64,000 nucleotides of DNA, taken from a bacterium. Lineage in GTDB: Bacteria > UBA8248. The position numbers were made by a program, and so were the translations under genes. Positions 53,366 to 64,000 of this stretch are shown here, in pieces; the stretch's first letter is position 1; each line of letters starts with the position of its first letter. Location: contig CBDATS010000004.1 in assembly GCA_965200245.1 (NCBI GenBank), positions 416,001 to 480,000 of the forward strand, read 5' to 3'. The notes beneath the pieces are model-generated. The model saw nothing but the letters and a program-made list of their open reading frames with translations. It ran no database searches and was not told the origin of the DNA.

Positions 53366-54101
53366 GAGTCAGGCTCTGTGAATGCTGGATAATTTTTTGG
53401 CGCACATCTCCGATTGAGATAAGAACGCGGTCGTTTTCTGCCTCGTAGTTTTGGTCCAGTTTGCGTCTCCGGACATCCGTCTGTTGGCACTCCTCCACGA
53501 ACAGCCCTCCAAGAGGTCCGTCGTGCGCACAGTTCGATAATGATTGACCGTTGCCCTGAGGTGCGCGATGCAGGCTTCGAAGTCGTCGCGGGGGCAGGTG
53601 GCGGTGCCGGGCTGTTCAGACTCGCAGTCCCGGATGAATCCCTCGACCAGTTCCCGGCGCCCCATCAATGAACAGATAGTCGACCTCCTGCGCGCCCAAC
53701 TCCCGCAACGTGAACTCTTAGTCGTCTTCCCACAGACACGTACCGAGTTCCGAGAATTCCGTGTGCGAGAGCAGCATACGACCACTCTCGTCGTTGAAAA
53801 CGTCTTCGGACAATCCCGACGACGGCCGTTACAGCAGTCCTAGCCGAGCTTCGCTCCGTGCTCGTAGTGCTCCCGACCAAGAACGTCGCCACTCTCCACC
53901 TTCAACGCTTGTTCCACGATAAGCCGCGTGACTAGTTTCACAAGGTCAGTTCGCGCATCTGGACCCGACAGGCAATCTTCGCACAAGGCACCAAGGGCTT
54001 GGCATGTGTGCATAGACTCCTGTATTCTTTTCTACACGGTTTCGTGACACCTCTGCCGAGAATGCAAACCCCTTCATTATCCAGCAAGTTTAGGACTTGA
54101 A
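53366..54101 (-). mobile_element. Internally deleted IS256-family element remnant
   Basis: Fragments LVKLVTRLIVEQAL..LGREHYEHG, DESGRMLLS..LWED, YLFIDG, RTTDLLE/LFVEE; inverted ends TGCTGGATAA (53383-53392) and TTATCCAGCA (54077-54086). Confidence 0.72.
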
Positions 54102-54288
54102 GGAAAGAAACTAAAGCCAAAACGACTTGCGGATCATGATGAATTGTTTCCGCCGGGAGCAGGAAATACAAGAAGCGAGGCAGTGGAATTTTACGCCGAC
54201 TTCATTGCATGGCAGGAAAAAACGGGGCAAAGCTGAAAATCACGTCGATTACTTATGAGAAACAGGTGGATTAAGTCAAATAGGAAAG

Positions 54289-54297
54289 TGATATAAT
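54289..54297 (+). promoter_or_regulatory. Extended -10 promoter
   Basis: TGaTATAAT, perfect match in AT-rich context. Confidence 0.5.
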
Positions 54298-54305
54298 GAG
54301 CGCAG

Positions 54306-54369
54306 CCCCGACTCCCCGACTCCCCGACTCCCCGACTCCCCGACTCCCCGACTCCCCGACTCCCCGACT
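54306..54369. repeat. Perfect octamer tandem repeat (CCCCGACT)x8
   Basis: Directly visible. Confidence 0.98.
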
Positions 54370-54448
54370 CTAGTAAACTAACCCCCAAAAAATATCGGGT
54401 TGTTTCTCTTTTCTTCGACATAAATACGCCTGAGAAAGGCGTATAGAA

Positions 54449-54625
54449 ATGGCGAACGAGAGGAAGGCGGAAGCGATTGTCCGTAAATTGCTGCGTCAAA
54501 ACGGTTATATGGACGATGGAAACATCGCCATCGAAGAACAATCCTCTGACAATTCTGCAATCAACAATTTATTGAAAAAGGCATCCAGAAGCGGAACTGG
54601 ACAAGGGTATCCCACTTTATTGTAG
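54449..54625 (+). pseudogene. N-terminal remnant of a BcgI-like/type IIG restriction-modification enzyme
   Basis: MANERKAEAIVRKLL..GY..IEEQSSDN..I..LLKKAS.SG.G.GYP, stopping after 58 aa; family call from memory. Confidence 0.55.
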
Positions 54626-54641
54626 TTCTGGAGAGAGAATA

Positions 54642-56099
54642 ATGAATAAAATCGAAGAGATTTTGAAGGAATCCCAACGCGCAAGGCTTATTCCTAGTAT
54701 TGCCGACTCAAAGAAGGAAGAGCGGCTTGTATCTGTTCTGCTCGCAACTTTGTCCGTAGTGCCCCCATTCGCCAAACAGTTCTTAGAACGCTGTGGAGTG
54801 GGGAAAAAACGGGGAAAAACGTCAAAATTACTCTGCCATACGGAGGTCAAATTCCCAACTTCTGACGAAAGCAACCATGATAACAGCCAAGACCGGCCCG
54901 ATGGCGTCTTGACTCTATCGACGGGCAAATCACCCCGGTGGAGAGCGCTATTAGAATGCAAGATTGACAATGTCGAAATTGATCGAGAGCAAGTGCTCAA
55001 GTATGCAGAGATAGCGCACCAATATGGAATCGAAGCAGTTATTACATTGTCGAATCAGCTTACGCCTTTACCAACGCATATTCCGTATTCTTCCATTCCG
55101 AAAAAGCTCAGTAATCACGTTGATTTCTTTCACATTTCATGGGTCAGCGTACTCACCCAAGCGTTATTGATTTTGAAGGACAAAGAAGAAATAAGTATCG
55201 AGCAGACATTTATTCTTGAAGAAATGACGTATTATTTCGAACCTCCCAAGTCCGGGGTCAAACGTTTCGATCAAATGAACAAAGAATGGAAACCACTCGT
55301 CGAAGGGATTAGGAACGGCAAGAAGTTCAATCCATCTTCGCCTGAGATTGAGAATACGATTTCCAGCTGGCATCAGGAAGAACGGGACGTTTGTCTTTTA
55401 TTGAGCCGTCGTATTGGTAAGCACGTCGATATCCCTCTTCCTCAGAAATATAAGAAATATCCTGAGCTTCGATTGCAAGAGGCATGCAATTCGCTGGTTA
55501 CTTCTCATGAACTGCGCTCCAGCTTCAGGGTACCGAATGCCGCCAGCGATATAGATGTAATAGTAAATTTGGAACGTAGAACGATTGCCTGCTCCATGAA
55601 ACTTGATGCGCCCGGCGGCAACAAGAGAGACAAAAGCAGAATTAACTGGCTCTTAAAACAATTGCAAGACGTTGACGGAGATGACGTAAGCGTTCGAGCT
55701 GTAGAGTCTGGAAGAGGAAAGAATCAAAAGAAACAAGAACTTCTATCAAAGGTCCGAAGCAATACTAGTTGTCTTGAAATGGGGCGCCAAAGAGCAACGA
55801 TTGCAACTTTCGAGGTTGTGGTGGTCAAATCCCTCGCAGGCCGCTTCTCTAAGCCACGGAACTTCATCGAAGACTTGGAAAATCTAGTACCGGAATTCTA
55901 CAACCGAATCGGTCAGCGTTTAAAGAATTGGGCTCCATCAGCCCCACAAATCGATAAACACGACCCAATCCAGGAACCCACTATCCGCGAAACGACGGAA
56001 GAGAATAGTCGACACGACTCTCCGCCAACGGAGACAAGCCAGTCTCACAATATGAACGCGCCAAATGATACAAATACATTACCTACGGAAAGTCCATAG
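54642..56099 (+). CDS. PD-(D/E)xK nuclease-like protein, putative defence or stress factor
   Basis: DRPDG...ALLECKI..QVLKY motif set; AT-rich; intact 485 aa. Confidence 0.7.
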   Translation: MNKIEEILKESQRARLIPSIADSKKEERLVSVLLATLSVVPPFAKQFLERCGVGKKRGKTSKLLCHTEVKFPTSDESNHDNSQDRPDGVLTLSTGKSPRWRALLECKIDNVEIDREQVLKYAEIAHQYGIEAVITLSNQLTPLPTHIPYSSIPKKLSNHVDFFHISWVSVLTQALLILKDKEEISIEQTFILEEMTYYFEPPKSGVKRFDQMNKEWKPLVEGIRNGKKFNPSSPEIENTISSWHQEERDVCLLLSRRIGKHVDIPLPQKYKKYPELRLQEACNSLVTSHELRSSFRVPNAASDIDVIVNLERRTIACSMKLDAPGGNKRDKSRINWLLKQLQDVDGDDVSVRAVESGRGKNQKKQELLSKVRSNTSCLEMGRQRATIATFEVVVVKSLAGRFSKPRNFIEDLENLVPEFYNRIGQRLKNWAPSAPQIDKHDPIQEPTIRETTEENSRHDSPPTETSQSHNMNAPNDTNTLPTESP

Positions 56100-56249
56100 A
56101 GGTTTTTTTTCTCGTACAACTGGCAAGAGGACCCAGAAGAAGCTTGAGCGGTCCTACTACCCGCAAAGGAGTGCGCCATGCCGGAAGTCCCCGCAAACAC
56201 TTGATAGTTCACCTATTTCCCTGAAGATTACCGTTGGTCTTCGGGCGTC

Positions 56250-56651
56250 GTGAGAGGAGCCGAGATCAGCGAGATTGATCAGTGGGCAGAGCGACTCAGG
56301 AAAGATGTCGGAAACGACGGGCTTCGGTTCCATAAGTGGGTCCACATGGTGAACATGGTGCTGGCAGTGAAAGAGAAAAAACACCGCTTGAGCACTGCCT
56401 ATCACCACAAACGCGCCGCGATGTACTACCAGATTGGAGAATGCTTTCGCACGCCCAAGGACAAACGGGTGAAAGAAACCTACAAGCTCGCACTCGCCAG
56501 CATCCTGCGTTTCACGAAGCTGACCTATGTTTCAAAGATCGAACGCGTGGAAGTGCCTTTCAAGAACAGCATGAACCTGCCGGGATATTTCTTGCACGCG
56601 CAGAACACGAAAAAGGCCAAATCGCCCGTCATCGACTATTTCGACTGCTAG
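56250..56651 (+). pseudogene. N-terminal fragment of an alpha/beta hydrolase
   Basis: RAAMYYQIGE, IERVEVPF..LPGYF..P; ends before the catalytic GxSxG. Confidence 0.55.
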
Positions 56652-56685
56652 GAGGGTGGGGAATTCAGGGGGGAAGTTTTCGATG

Positions 56686-56758
56686 GCAGGGACAACCTTT
56701 GAGTTGTCCTGTCCATAGTGGCTGTCCTTGTAAAGGACAGGTCGCAGCCTGTACCTGC
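56686..56758. repeat. REP doublet-like palindromic element
   Basis: GCAGGGACAACctttgaGTTGTCC ... GGACAGGtcgcagCCTGTACCTGC. Confidence 0.45.
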
Positions 56759-56781
56759 GGGTGACCCCACGACACCCTCCC

Positions 56782-57825
56782 CTACCTCTCCGCGAACCCC
56801 TCGAACGCCGCGGGTATCGCCTGGATATCGCGGATCAGATCGGGCGGCAGATTCCTGTCTGCCGTTGGGAGCATTCCCGCGTAGAGGGTGTCGACGCCGT
56901 CGCCGAAACGTACCTCGATCGCCTTTTTGATATCCGCGTGCACGCCCACGGCAGCGAAAAGATGTACGAGATCATCCGGAATCTCGCCTGAGAGCGCGTC
57001 CCACTTACCCTCGCGCGTCATTTGTCTCAGCTTGCGCCCCAGATCTCCATGGCCGTGCATCTCGAGCACGGGCCAGTAATCGGGCGTTGAGCCGTAAAAG
57101 CCGAGGCGTACTTTCACCTCGTCCATCCCGCGCCTGACAGCCTCCTCATCGCGCCCCGTGACGATGTAGCCGCCGCCCGTAATCTCGAAGCACTCACGCG
57201 ATATCCCATTCTCCTCAAGTCCCTCCTCAAGTTTCGGCAGGCAGAAATCCTCGAAATACCTTCTGGTGCAAAAAGGGTGGAGCCGCACGCCGTCGCACCG
57301 GCTTCCGGCGACTTTCAGCATGGCGGGCCCCACCGCCGCGATAGTGACGGGTGTCATGGGCTGCCCGCCCGAGGGTGGCGTGAAAGCGGGTGTCATGAGG
57401 CTGAACTGATAATACTCGCCCTGGTAATCGATTTTTTCCCTGTGCATCCACGCGCGCCATATCGCGCGAAGCGACTCCACGTATTCGCGCATCCGTGCGG
57501 CAGGGGCACTCCAGGGCACGCTGAAACGCCGTACGTTGTGTGCGCGGATCTGGGGACCGAGCCCCAGGACGAAGCGCCCCCTCGAAGCGACCTGCAAATC
57601 CCAGCTTGCGCTCGCGCACACCATGGGGCTCCTCGGGAAGGCGATGGCTACGGCGGTCAGAAGTTCCACGCGCTCGGTCTCCACCGCCGCCACCGCCAGA
57701 GGAAGAAACGGATGATGCGCGTTTTCCATGGTCATCACGCCATCATAGCCCGCCGCCTCGACAGCCTTCGCCGCGGGGCCTGCTTTTTTCAAGTCACCCA
57801 TCGGAAGGGTGGTCATTATGCGCAT
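56782..57825 (-). CDS. F420-dependent LLM oxidoreductase (TIGR03617-like)
   Basis: ENAHHPF, IAFPRSP, LGLGPQIRAH..RRF, AAVGP.M, HPFCT, FYGSTP.Y. Confidence 0.9.
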   Translation of the reverse strand: MRIMTTLPMGDLKKAGPAAKAVEAAGYDGVMTMENAHHPFLPLAVAAVETERVELLTAVAIAFPRSPMVCASASWDLQVASRGRFVLGLGPQIRAHNVRRFSVPWSAPAARMREYVESLRAIWRAWMHREKIDYQGEYYQFSLMTPAFTPPSGGQPMTPVTIAAVGPAMLKVAGSRCDGVRLHPFCTRRYFEDFCLPKLEEGLEENGISRECFEITGGGYIVTGRDEEAVRRGMDEVKVRLGFYGSTPDYWPVLEMHGHGDLGRKLRQMTREGKWDALSGEIPDDLVHLFAAVGVHADIKKAIEVRFGDGVDTLYAGMLPTADRNLPPDLIRDIQAIPAAFEGFAER

Positions 57826-57915
57826 CCCGAAATCTCTCCTCGTTCATACCAGAAGTCACCGCCGGTCGACGGCGCGGGGCATGATACACGATCCGACAAT
57901 ACGACACATCGTGAT

Positions 57916-58713
57916 ATGATGAGTCATCCAGAGCATCGGACATTGAGACCCGGGAGGACACTCGTGAGCCAGCCATGCCGTCTCGAATACCGGGGTTTTC
58001 ACCAGTTGGAACTCGTGCGCAAAGGCGGCGAGGAAATCCGCATCGGCGGTCGGCTGCGCACGCTTCAGGACCCCCCACCCAACGTAGCCTCGCGCCCTCC
58101 CGTCGACACGGTACAGTACGTCTACGCGACCTGGGACCCGCGCCGTGAACGCGTGAAGCTCATCGCCTCCACGACCGGGCACGAAACCCTGGACGGTGAA
58201 GAGGTGATGCGCGGTGACTCGGCGGCACTTCTCGTCGGCATGGGTAGACCCTACGAGAACAGGCCCAAACACTACCACTGGGCGGACAGACCCGAGCACA
58301 GGACGCTCATACTGAGCCATCACAACAGAAAGCCTGCGGAATGGAGACGGCGACTGCGCACAGACACGGCAATTTCTCCGGGCGGATGGCGCGAGGTGTC
58401 ACAGGATCTCTGCGTTTCCTTTCTCGTATGGGGCGGGGAGGCGGCGTATCTCACTATCGAGGGTCGGTTACGGTGTACGGAAGCTGCATCTTCACTTGCG
58501 TTGGGTGTCGGTCTCGACGGCGCGCCTCCTGAGTCCACCGAACTGGAAATTACGCCTCACGATGCCTTGCAAGGTTTCAGGCTCTCCGTCGAGAGGCGAC
58601 TCTCCCGCAATGAGGAGGGTTTTCATACGCTGTCCTTATTCGGGCAAACGCAAGATGCCGCCTGGACGATCCTCGGAGTTACAACCGAACTTCGCTTCTC
58701 CACCCTAGGCTAA
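57916..58713 (+). CDS. Hypothetical protein
   Basis: About 265-aa ORF divergent from the LLM gene; no motif recognised. Confidence 0.55.
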   Translation: MMSHPEHRTLRPGRTLVSQPCRLEYRGFHQLELVRKGGEEIRIGGRLRTLQDPPPNVASRPPVDTVQYVYATWDPRRERVKLIASTTGHETLDGEEVMRGDSAALLVGMGRPYENRPKHYHWADRPEHRTLILSHHNRKPAEWRRRLRTDTAISPGGWREVSQDLCVSFLVWGGEAAYLTIEGRLRCTEAASSLALGVGLDGAPPESTELEITPHDALQGFRLSVERRLSRNEEGFHTLSLFGQTQDAAWTILGVTTELRFSTLG

Positions 58714-59706
58714 GGATCAGGACGATCAACGAAGTTCCCAAGACCCAGAAATGCTGAGCAACTTCGGCGTTCGCCACGCCACCAGCGCGCGTATGTGCCA
58801 GATCGTCCCGAGGATCGGGGAGGAACCCCTGCGAAGACAACCATGAAGGATGGGTTGCCCACCATCCCTTCGGCCAGCACAGAAGGCTTGGTCACGCTCT
58901 TGGCCAAAAACACCTCGACCTCGCGCCGGAAGGTGGAACGCAGATGTCCCGTGAAGACGAGTACACGGTCGGCCGTATCGAGCAGCACATAGCGGCCGCA
59001 TCTCAGCACACCCACGAAGGGCGTCTATCCCAAAGTGCTTCGTGCGAATACCTTTGCGCTTGATCCTGCCTCAATGCTTTGTCTCAATTGTTCGCCCAGG
59101 GACATCTCGATGTGGCGTTCAAACTTCTTCATGTAGACACATGGTATACGAAAATTGTTTCTCCCCGGGTCAACCTCTTGCAAAACGCAACCGACCCATC
59201 TGAACGAGCGCCGTGGATTCAAATACCTTGTTCCGCCAAGCCAAAGAGATGAGCCTGTTCCATGGACCTCGCTCCTGCCGGGTGGCAACTTATGCCACCT
59301 TGCCCTGCTGTCATTTTATCTCGAGAGTGTGGCCACCGAATCGCTCACGGACACGGTCGGTACTGACCGCGCCGATATTGTGATGAATCCGCTTTCGTTT
59401 TGATTACGAATTACAGAGGTCGAATTTGAACAAATATTCTAAAAATTAAGGGGAATTGTATACGATCCTACCCACAGCGAAAGTGAGCGGAGTTACACTT
59501 TACCGGAAATGTTGGCGGATTTCAGAATCCCGTTTGCCGTGTGCCTGCTTTTGATATTCGTCGGAATACTCACTTTCTCGTCGCTATCCAATATCTTCCA
59601 TATTTCATGTTCGCTCCCCTTGGCAATCCATGTTTTGAGGGACAATCACAAGGGATTGTCCCTGCAAAAAGAACAGCACAAGGGCAGGCAACCGAAAAGT
59701 ATCCCC

Positions 59707-62418
59707 CTAATCCAGATTCTCGCCGCTCTTCAGGAGTTGCCGCAGCACGTACTGCAGAATGCCGCCGTGCTGGTAGTAGGCCACCTCGTTGGGCGTGTCG
59801 ATGCGCACGATAGCGTCGAAGGCAATTGGTTCTCCGCCGCCCTCCGGCATGGCGATGACACGCACTTCCCTCGCTTCGCCCTGATCCAGCCCCTCTATGT
59901 CAAAGGTCTCGCGGCCCGTTAATCCCAACCCCTCAGCCGAATCTCCCGGTTTGAACTGGAGTGGCAACACGCCCATCCCCACCAGGTTCGAGCGGTGGAT
60001 GCGCTCGTAACTTTCGGCAATAACAGCCCGGATGCCGAGCAAGCTCGACCCTTTGGCAGCCCAGTCGCGCGAGGAGCCCGTGCCGTATTCCTTGCCGCCC
60101 AGGACGATGAGCGGGACTCCCACCTCTTGGTACTGCATCGCTGCGTCATAGATGGGCATGACCTCGTTCGTCGGGAAATAGGTGGTGAAACCGCCTTCGG
60201 TCCCCGGTGCCGCGCGGTTCCGCAGGCGAACGTTCGAGAAGGTACCGCGCATCATCACCTCGTGGTTCCCACGACGTGACCCGTAGGAGTTGAAGTCGGT
60301 GGGCAGCACATCGTTCATCACCAGGAAATGTCCGCCGGGACTGTCGCGCTTGATGGAGCCGGCCGGCGAGATGTGGTCCGTCGTCACCGAATCGCCCAGA
60401 AGCGCGAGGCAACGCGCGCCCCGGATGTCCTCGACCGACTCGGGTTCCGCCTTCATGCCGTCGAAATAGGGTGCCTTCCGGATGTAGGTGGACATGTCGT
60501 CCCAATCGAACAGACCGCCCTCGGGCGTGGGGACACCCTGCCAGCGCAGGTCGCCCCTGAAGACGTCGCCGTAGCTTTTCTGGAACATATCCGCTTTCAC
60601 GTGGTTCATCACCACGTCCTGAAGCTCACTCTGCGTAGGCCAGATGTCTTTGAGATAGACCGGCTCGCCATGCTGATCCTTGTCCAGGGGATCTCGCGTG
60701 ATATCGAGGTCCATGCGTCCGGCGATGGCGTAGGCCACCACCAAGGGCGGCGAGGCCAGGAAGTTCATACGCACCTCGGCGTGGACGCGGCCCTCGAAGT
60801 TCCGGTTCCCCGAGAGGACCGAGCAGGCGACCAGGTCGCCTTCGGCAACGGCCTGAGAGATGTGCGCGGGCAGAGGACCCGAGTTCCCGATACAAGTGGT
60901 GCAGCCATAACCCACGTTATGGAAACCAAACGCCTCGAGGCAGGGAGTGAGGCCCGCGCTCTGAAGATATGCCGTCACCACCATCGAACCCGGCGCAAGC
61001 GAGGTCTTTACCCAGGGTTTGGCTTTCAAACCCCGCTCAGCGGCTTTTTTCGCCACCAGTCCCGCGCCCAGCATCACGGAGGGGTTCGAGGTGTTCGTGC
61101 AACTCGTGATCGCCGCGATGACGACCGCCCCGTGCGTTATTTCGTAAGTCTTCGTTCCGTCCCGCACGGTGACGGCCGCGGGTGCTACCGCCGTGCCGCC
61201 ATCCCCGCCGCCGAGTTCGGTCAGCATCTTGTCGAGTTCACGCTCGAAGGTGGCGCTGGCGTCAGTGAGCGTGATTCGGTCCTGCGGCCGCTTGGGCCCC
61301 GAGATGCTGGGGACGACATCGCCAAGCTCAAGTTCCAGCGTATCGGAGTAGACGGCCTCAGGCGAATCCGTCTCGCGGAACATGCCCTGCGCCTTCGCGT
61401 ATGCCTCCACGAGCGCTATCTGCTCCACAGGCCTGCCTGTAAGTTCCATGTACTTGAGCGTCTCGTTGTCGATGGGGAAAATACCGCAGGTGGCGCCGTA
61501 TTCGGGCGCCATGTTCGCGAGCGTGGCACGGTCGGCAAGCGGCAGGTTGTCGAGACCCGGCCCGTAGAATTCCACGAACTTGCCGACGACGCCCTTTTCT
61601 CTCAGCATCTGCACGACCACGAGCACCAGATCCGTAGCCGTGGCACCCTCTCTCAAATCGCCCGAGAGACGGAAACCCACCACGTCCGGAATGAGCATCG
61701 AGTAGGGCTGGCCCAGCATGGCGGCTTCGGCCTCGATACCGCCCACGCCCCAGCCCAGGACACCGATGCCGTTAATCATCGTGGTGTGGGAATCCGTACC
61801 CACGACGGTATCGGGAAATGCGCGCGTGACCCCTCCTTTTTCGTCCGTACCCACGACCGGGGCGAGGAACTCGAGGTTCACCTGGTGGACAATGCCGGTA
61901 TCAGGCGGTACGGCGCGGAAGTTGTCAAAAGCGTTCTGCGCCCAGCGCAGGAAGGCATAGCGTTCGGTGTTGCGATCGTATTCGAGTTGTGCGTTCGTCT
62001 CGAGCGCCGTCTCGGTGCCGAACTCATCTACCTGTACGGAGTGGTCGATCACTATATCGACGGGCTGCAGGGGATTGATGAGATCGGGATCTCCACCCAA
62101 GTCCTTCATGGCGTCGCGCATGGCGGCCAGATCGACCACGACGGGTACGCCCGTGAAGTCCTGCAGCAGCACTCGGCTCGGCATGAAGCCGATTTCTTTC
62201 GTTTCGCCCTTCTTCGCGTCCCAGGAGGCAAGCGCCTCGATGTCTGCGGCACGCACAGAGCGGCCGTCCTCGTTTCTGAGCAGGTTCTCCAGCAACACCT
62301 TCATGGCGTAGGGGAGCCTTTCGACGTCGCCTTTATCTCTGAGCGCGTCGATTCGGAATATCTCATAGGTTTTCCCGGCGACTTCGAGTTCTGCGCGGGC
62401 ATTGAAGCTATTGGTCAT
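59707..62418 (-). CDS. acnA: Aconitate hydratase A
   Basis: [52 protein letters not shown]. Confidence 0.98.
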   Translation of the reverse strand: MTNSFNARAELEVAGKTYEIFRIDALRDKGDVERLPYAMKVLLENLLRNEDGRSVRAADIEALASWDAKKGETKEIGFMPSRVLLQDFTGVPVVVDLAAMRDAMKDLGGDPDLINPLQPVDIVIDHSVQVDEFGTETALETNAQLEYDRNTERYAFLRWAQNAFDNFRAVPPDTGIVHQVNLEFLAPVVGTDEKGGVTRAFPDTVVGTDSHTTMINGIGVLGWGVGGIEAEAAMLGQPYSMLIPDVVGFRLSGDLREGATATDLVLVVVQMLREKGVVGKFVEFYGPGLDNLPLADRATLANMAPEYGATCGIFPIDNETLKYMELTGRPVEQIALVEAYAKAQGMFRETDSPEAVYSDTLELELGDVVPSISGPKRPQDRITLTDASATFERELDKMLTELGGGDGGTAVAPAAVTVRDGTKTYEITHGAVVIAAITSCTNTSNPSVMLGAGLVAKKAAERGLKAKPWVKTSLAPGSMVVTAYLQSAGLTPCLEAFGFHNVGYGCTTCIGNSGPLPAHISQAVAEGDLVACSVLSGNRNFEGRVHAEVRMNFLASPPLVVAYAIAGRMDLDITRDPLDKDQHGEPVYLKDIWPTQSELQDVVMNHVKADMFQKSYGDVFRGDLRWQGVPTPEGGLFDWDDMSTYIRKAPYFDGMKAEPESVEDIRGARCLALLGDSVTTDHISPAGSIKRDSPGGHFLVMNDVLPTDFNSYGSRRGNHEVMMRGTFSNVRLRNRAAPGTEGGFTTYFPTNEVMPIYDAAMQYQEVGVPLIVLGGKEYGTGSSRDWAAKGSSLLGIRAVIAESYERIHRSNLVGMGVLPLQFKPGDSAEGLGLTGRETFDIEGLDQGEAREVRVIAMPEGGGEPIAFDAIVRIDTPNEVAYYQHGGILQYVLRQLLKSGENLD

Positions 62419-62650
62419 CTTTCACCTCTTTCGGACGGGAGTCCTGCATCCCGCAAAAGCCATCGAGAAAACAGCCCCCACCCCGTCAAGCGCCCCTTTT
62501 ATCCGAAACGGCGTCAAGGCCGATTCGGCGAAGAAGCTATAACAATTTGAAGCGTATTGAGTTATGGAAACAACGACTTCCAGCTTGTGAGATAATATCA
62601 CAAGTGCACGCGAAGGACGAGGGCGATCCGGGTTCACCCTGAAAGCCGTT

Positions 62651-63076
62651 TTACGCCTCTTTTACAACCATATATGTAGCCGATGCGAAACAGATGAGCC
62701 TTTCCGCATCGTCGATAATCCGAATCTCCCATACCGAAGTCTTGCGCCCCAGGTGCAGGGCCTTCGCCTCGCCCAGGAGGGTTCCCTCCTTCACGGGTCG
62801 GACGAAATTTATTTTCATCTCCACCGTCACCATCTGCGTGCCGACTGGATAGTTCACATAGCTGCCCACGCCGCCCACGGTGTCGGCGAGCGACGCCAGC
62901 GCGCCGCCGTGGATAACCCCGAAGGGCTGATGAAGCCTCGGCTCCACGGGCATTGCAACGCGGGCAAAGCCCTCTCCCGCTTCGAGTACCTCGAAACCCA
63001 TGAGGTCGTTGAAGTTTCCCTGCCAGCGGGCTTGAAACACCCGCTTGACCTCTTCTTTCGTCCATGAGCGATCCAT
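62651..63076 (-). CDS. PaaI/hot-dog thioesterase
   Basis: HQPFGVIHGGALASLADT, EMKINF.RP. Confidence 0.9.
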   Translation of the reverse strand: MDRSWTKEEVKRVFQARWQGNFNDLMGFEVLEAGEGFARVAMPVEPRLHQPFGVIHGGALASLADTVGGVGSYVNYPVGTQMVTVEMKINFVRPVKEGTLLGEAKALHLGRKTSVWEIRIIDDAERLICFASATYMVVKEA

Positions 63077-63665
63077 AATCGTCCTTTCTGACGTGTGCTT
63101 TCTCATTAGGACGATGAACACAAAAACACTTGATCATTCGCCGGAAAACCAACGACGGAATGGAACCATCTCGGAAAGCCCGGGAGAACCTCTACAAAAC
63201 ACCGAGACCTAAGCTGATCTCAAAAGTATAAGGAGTACCGACATGGGTTCGGTCGATTTTTCCAGGCGTTCGGGCGCTATTCCAAACTATGCATGGATTG
63301 CACTAAGCTTCTTTGGATCCCTGACTCTGCGCGATGATTGCATCAAGCGCCTTGTCCCCTTGCCTTTTTCCGGCGGCCGGTGGTGTAGGGCCAAATCGAA
63401 ATACACTACGCGATGCCCATGAGATATTCCGTATTGATCGGCTGGAAATCAATCATCTTTCCACATCCTCCCTTTCCGGATCCTCATCAGGATTATCTCT
63501 TGAACACCAGAACCAAAACGCGGGATGAACGCAAACTCCCAAATTCCTCTTTGTGAACCCACACAATTATGTGAATTCTGAAACAGGGTTTGACCTTTTT
63601 CCCTTCACTCTGTGCCTGGTGCCAATCCCGGCGATACGGGCAAGAATGATACTCCCGAAGCCCGG

Positions 63666-63980
63666 CTAGCCGAAAATCTGCGTCGGCACGCGGCCCCATT
63701 TAGCGGGGTCAGTGAGGATATCGCCATCCTCGCCCTCATAGGAGCAAAAGAGCAGTTCGGTTTCAGTCTTCCTGCCCTTTTTCTCAAGACGCCTCACAGT
63801 GATGGTAGGCACGTGAATGCCGAGTTCGAAGTTTTTGGCGTGGCTCACCGAGACGCTCGCCCCGAACTTGGCAGCGCAGTTCTCGAGTTGTTCCCTCGTC
63901 GTCTTCACCCGGCCGTCCGCGAGGATTTCCCCGCCAAAATTTTCCGTGAGATCGACGAAAAAAATTTCAGGCTCCAGCAT
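63666..63980 (-). CDS. Hypothetical protein
   Basis: RBS AAGGGAG; about 104-aa ORF. Confidence 0.6.
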   Translation of the reverse strand: MLEPEIFFVDLTENFGGEILADGRVKTTREQLENCAAKFGASVSVSHAKNFELGIHVPTITVRRLEKKGRKTETELLFCSYEGEDGDILTDPAKWGRVPTQIFG

Positions 63981-64000
63981 GATGGCGCACACTCCCTTGA

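Noticed and set aside
54306-54369. CRISPR array or GESGSRGV repeat protein
   Set aside because: No spacers or cas genes; the minus-strand ORF is a by-product of the DNA repeat
58710-59290. Minus-strand gene with an in-frame TAG at 59025-59027
   Set aside because: No recognisable family, so it cannot be told apart from chance ORFs

Overview
High-GC bacterial chromosome segment from a metabolically versatile, probably uncultured Gram-negative organism; the taxonomy cannot be fixed from this window alone. Contents: a coenzyme F420 biosynthesis operon (cofH partial, FrhB-like Fe-S flavoprotein, stand-alone nitroreductase, cofD, cofC, cofE) plus three LLM-type, probably F420-dependent oxidoreductases; a CdaA-YbbR diadenylate cyclase and a class III adenylate/guanylate cyclase; nitrogen assimilation genes (amtB, LysR-gltBD); a sugar-type ABC transporter with an M24 peptidase and two CocE/NonD hydrolases; metF, AhpE-like peroxiredoxin, SOD, fumC, acnA; two divergent tRNAs; and a nine-gene AhpD/MaoC/acyl-CoA ligase operon. 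The main hidden signal, missed by the ORF track, is three genes (OsmC-like, UGSC family, AhpD/CMD-like). Each is split by one in-frame TGA at the redox-active Cys position and followed directly by a SECIS-like hairpin of shared architecture, so they are three probable selenoproteins, two in loci of unknown function. AT-richer patches hold decayed TA, IS256 and RM remnants, an 8 x 8-nt repeat and an intact PD-(D/E)xK nuclease. All family calls come from motif recognition, not database searches.
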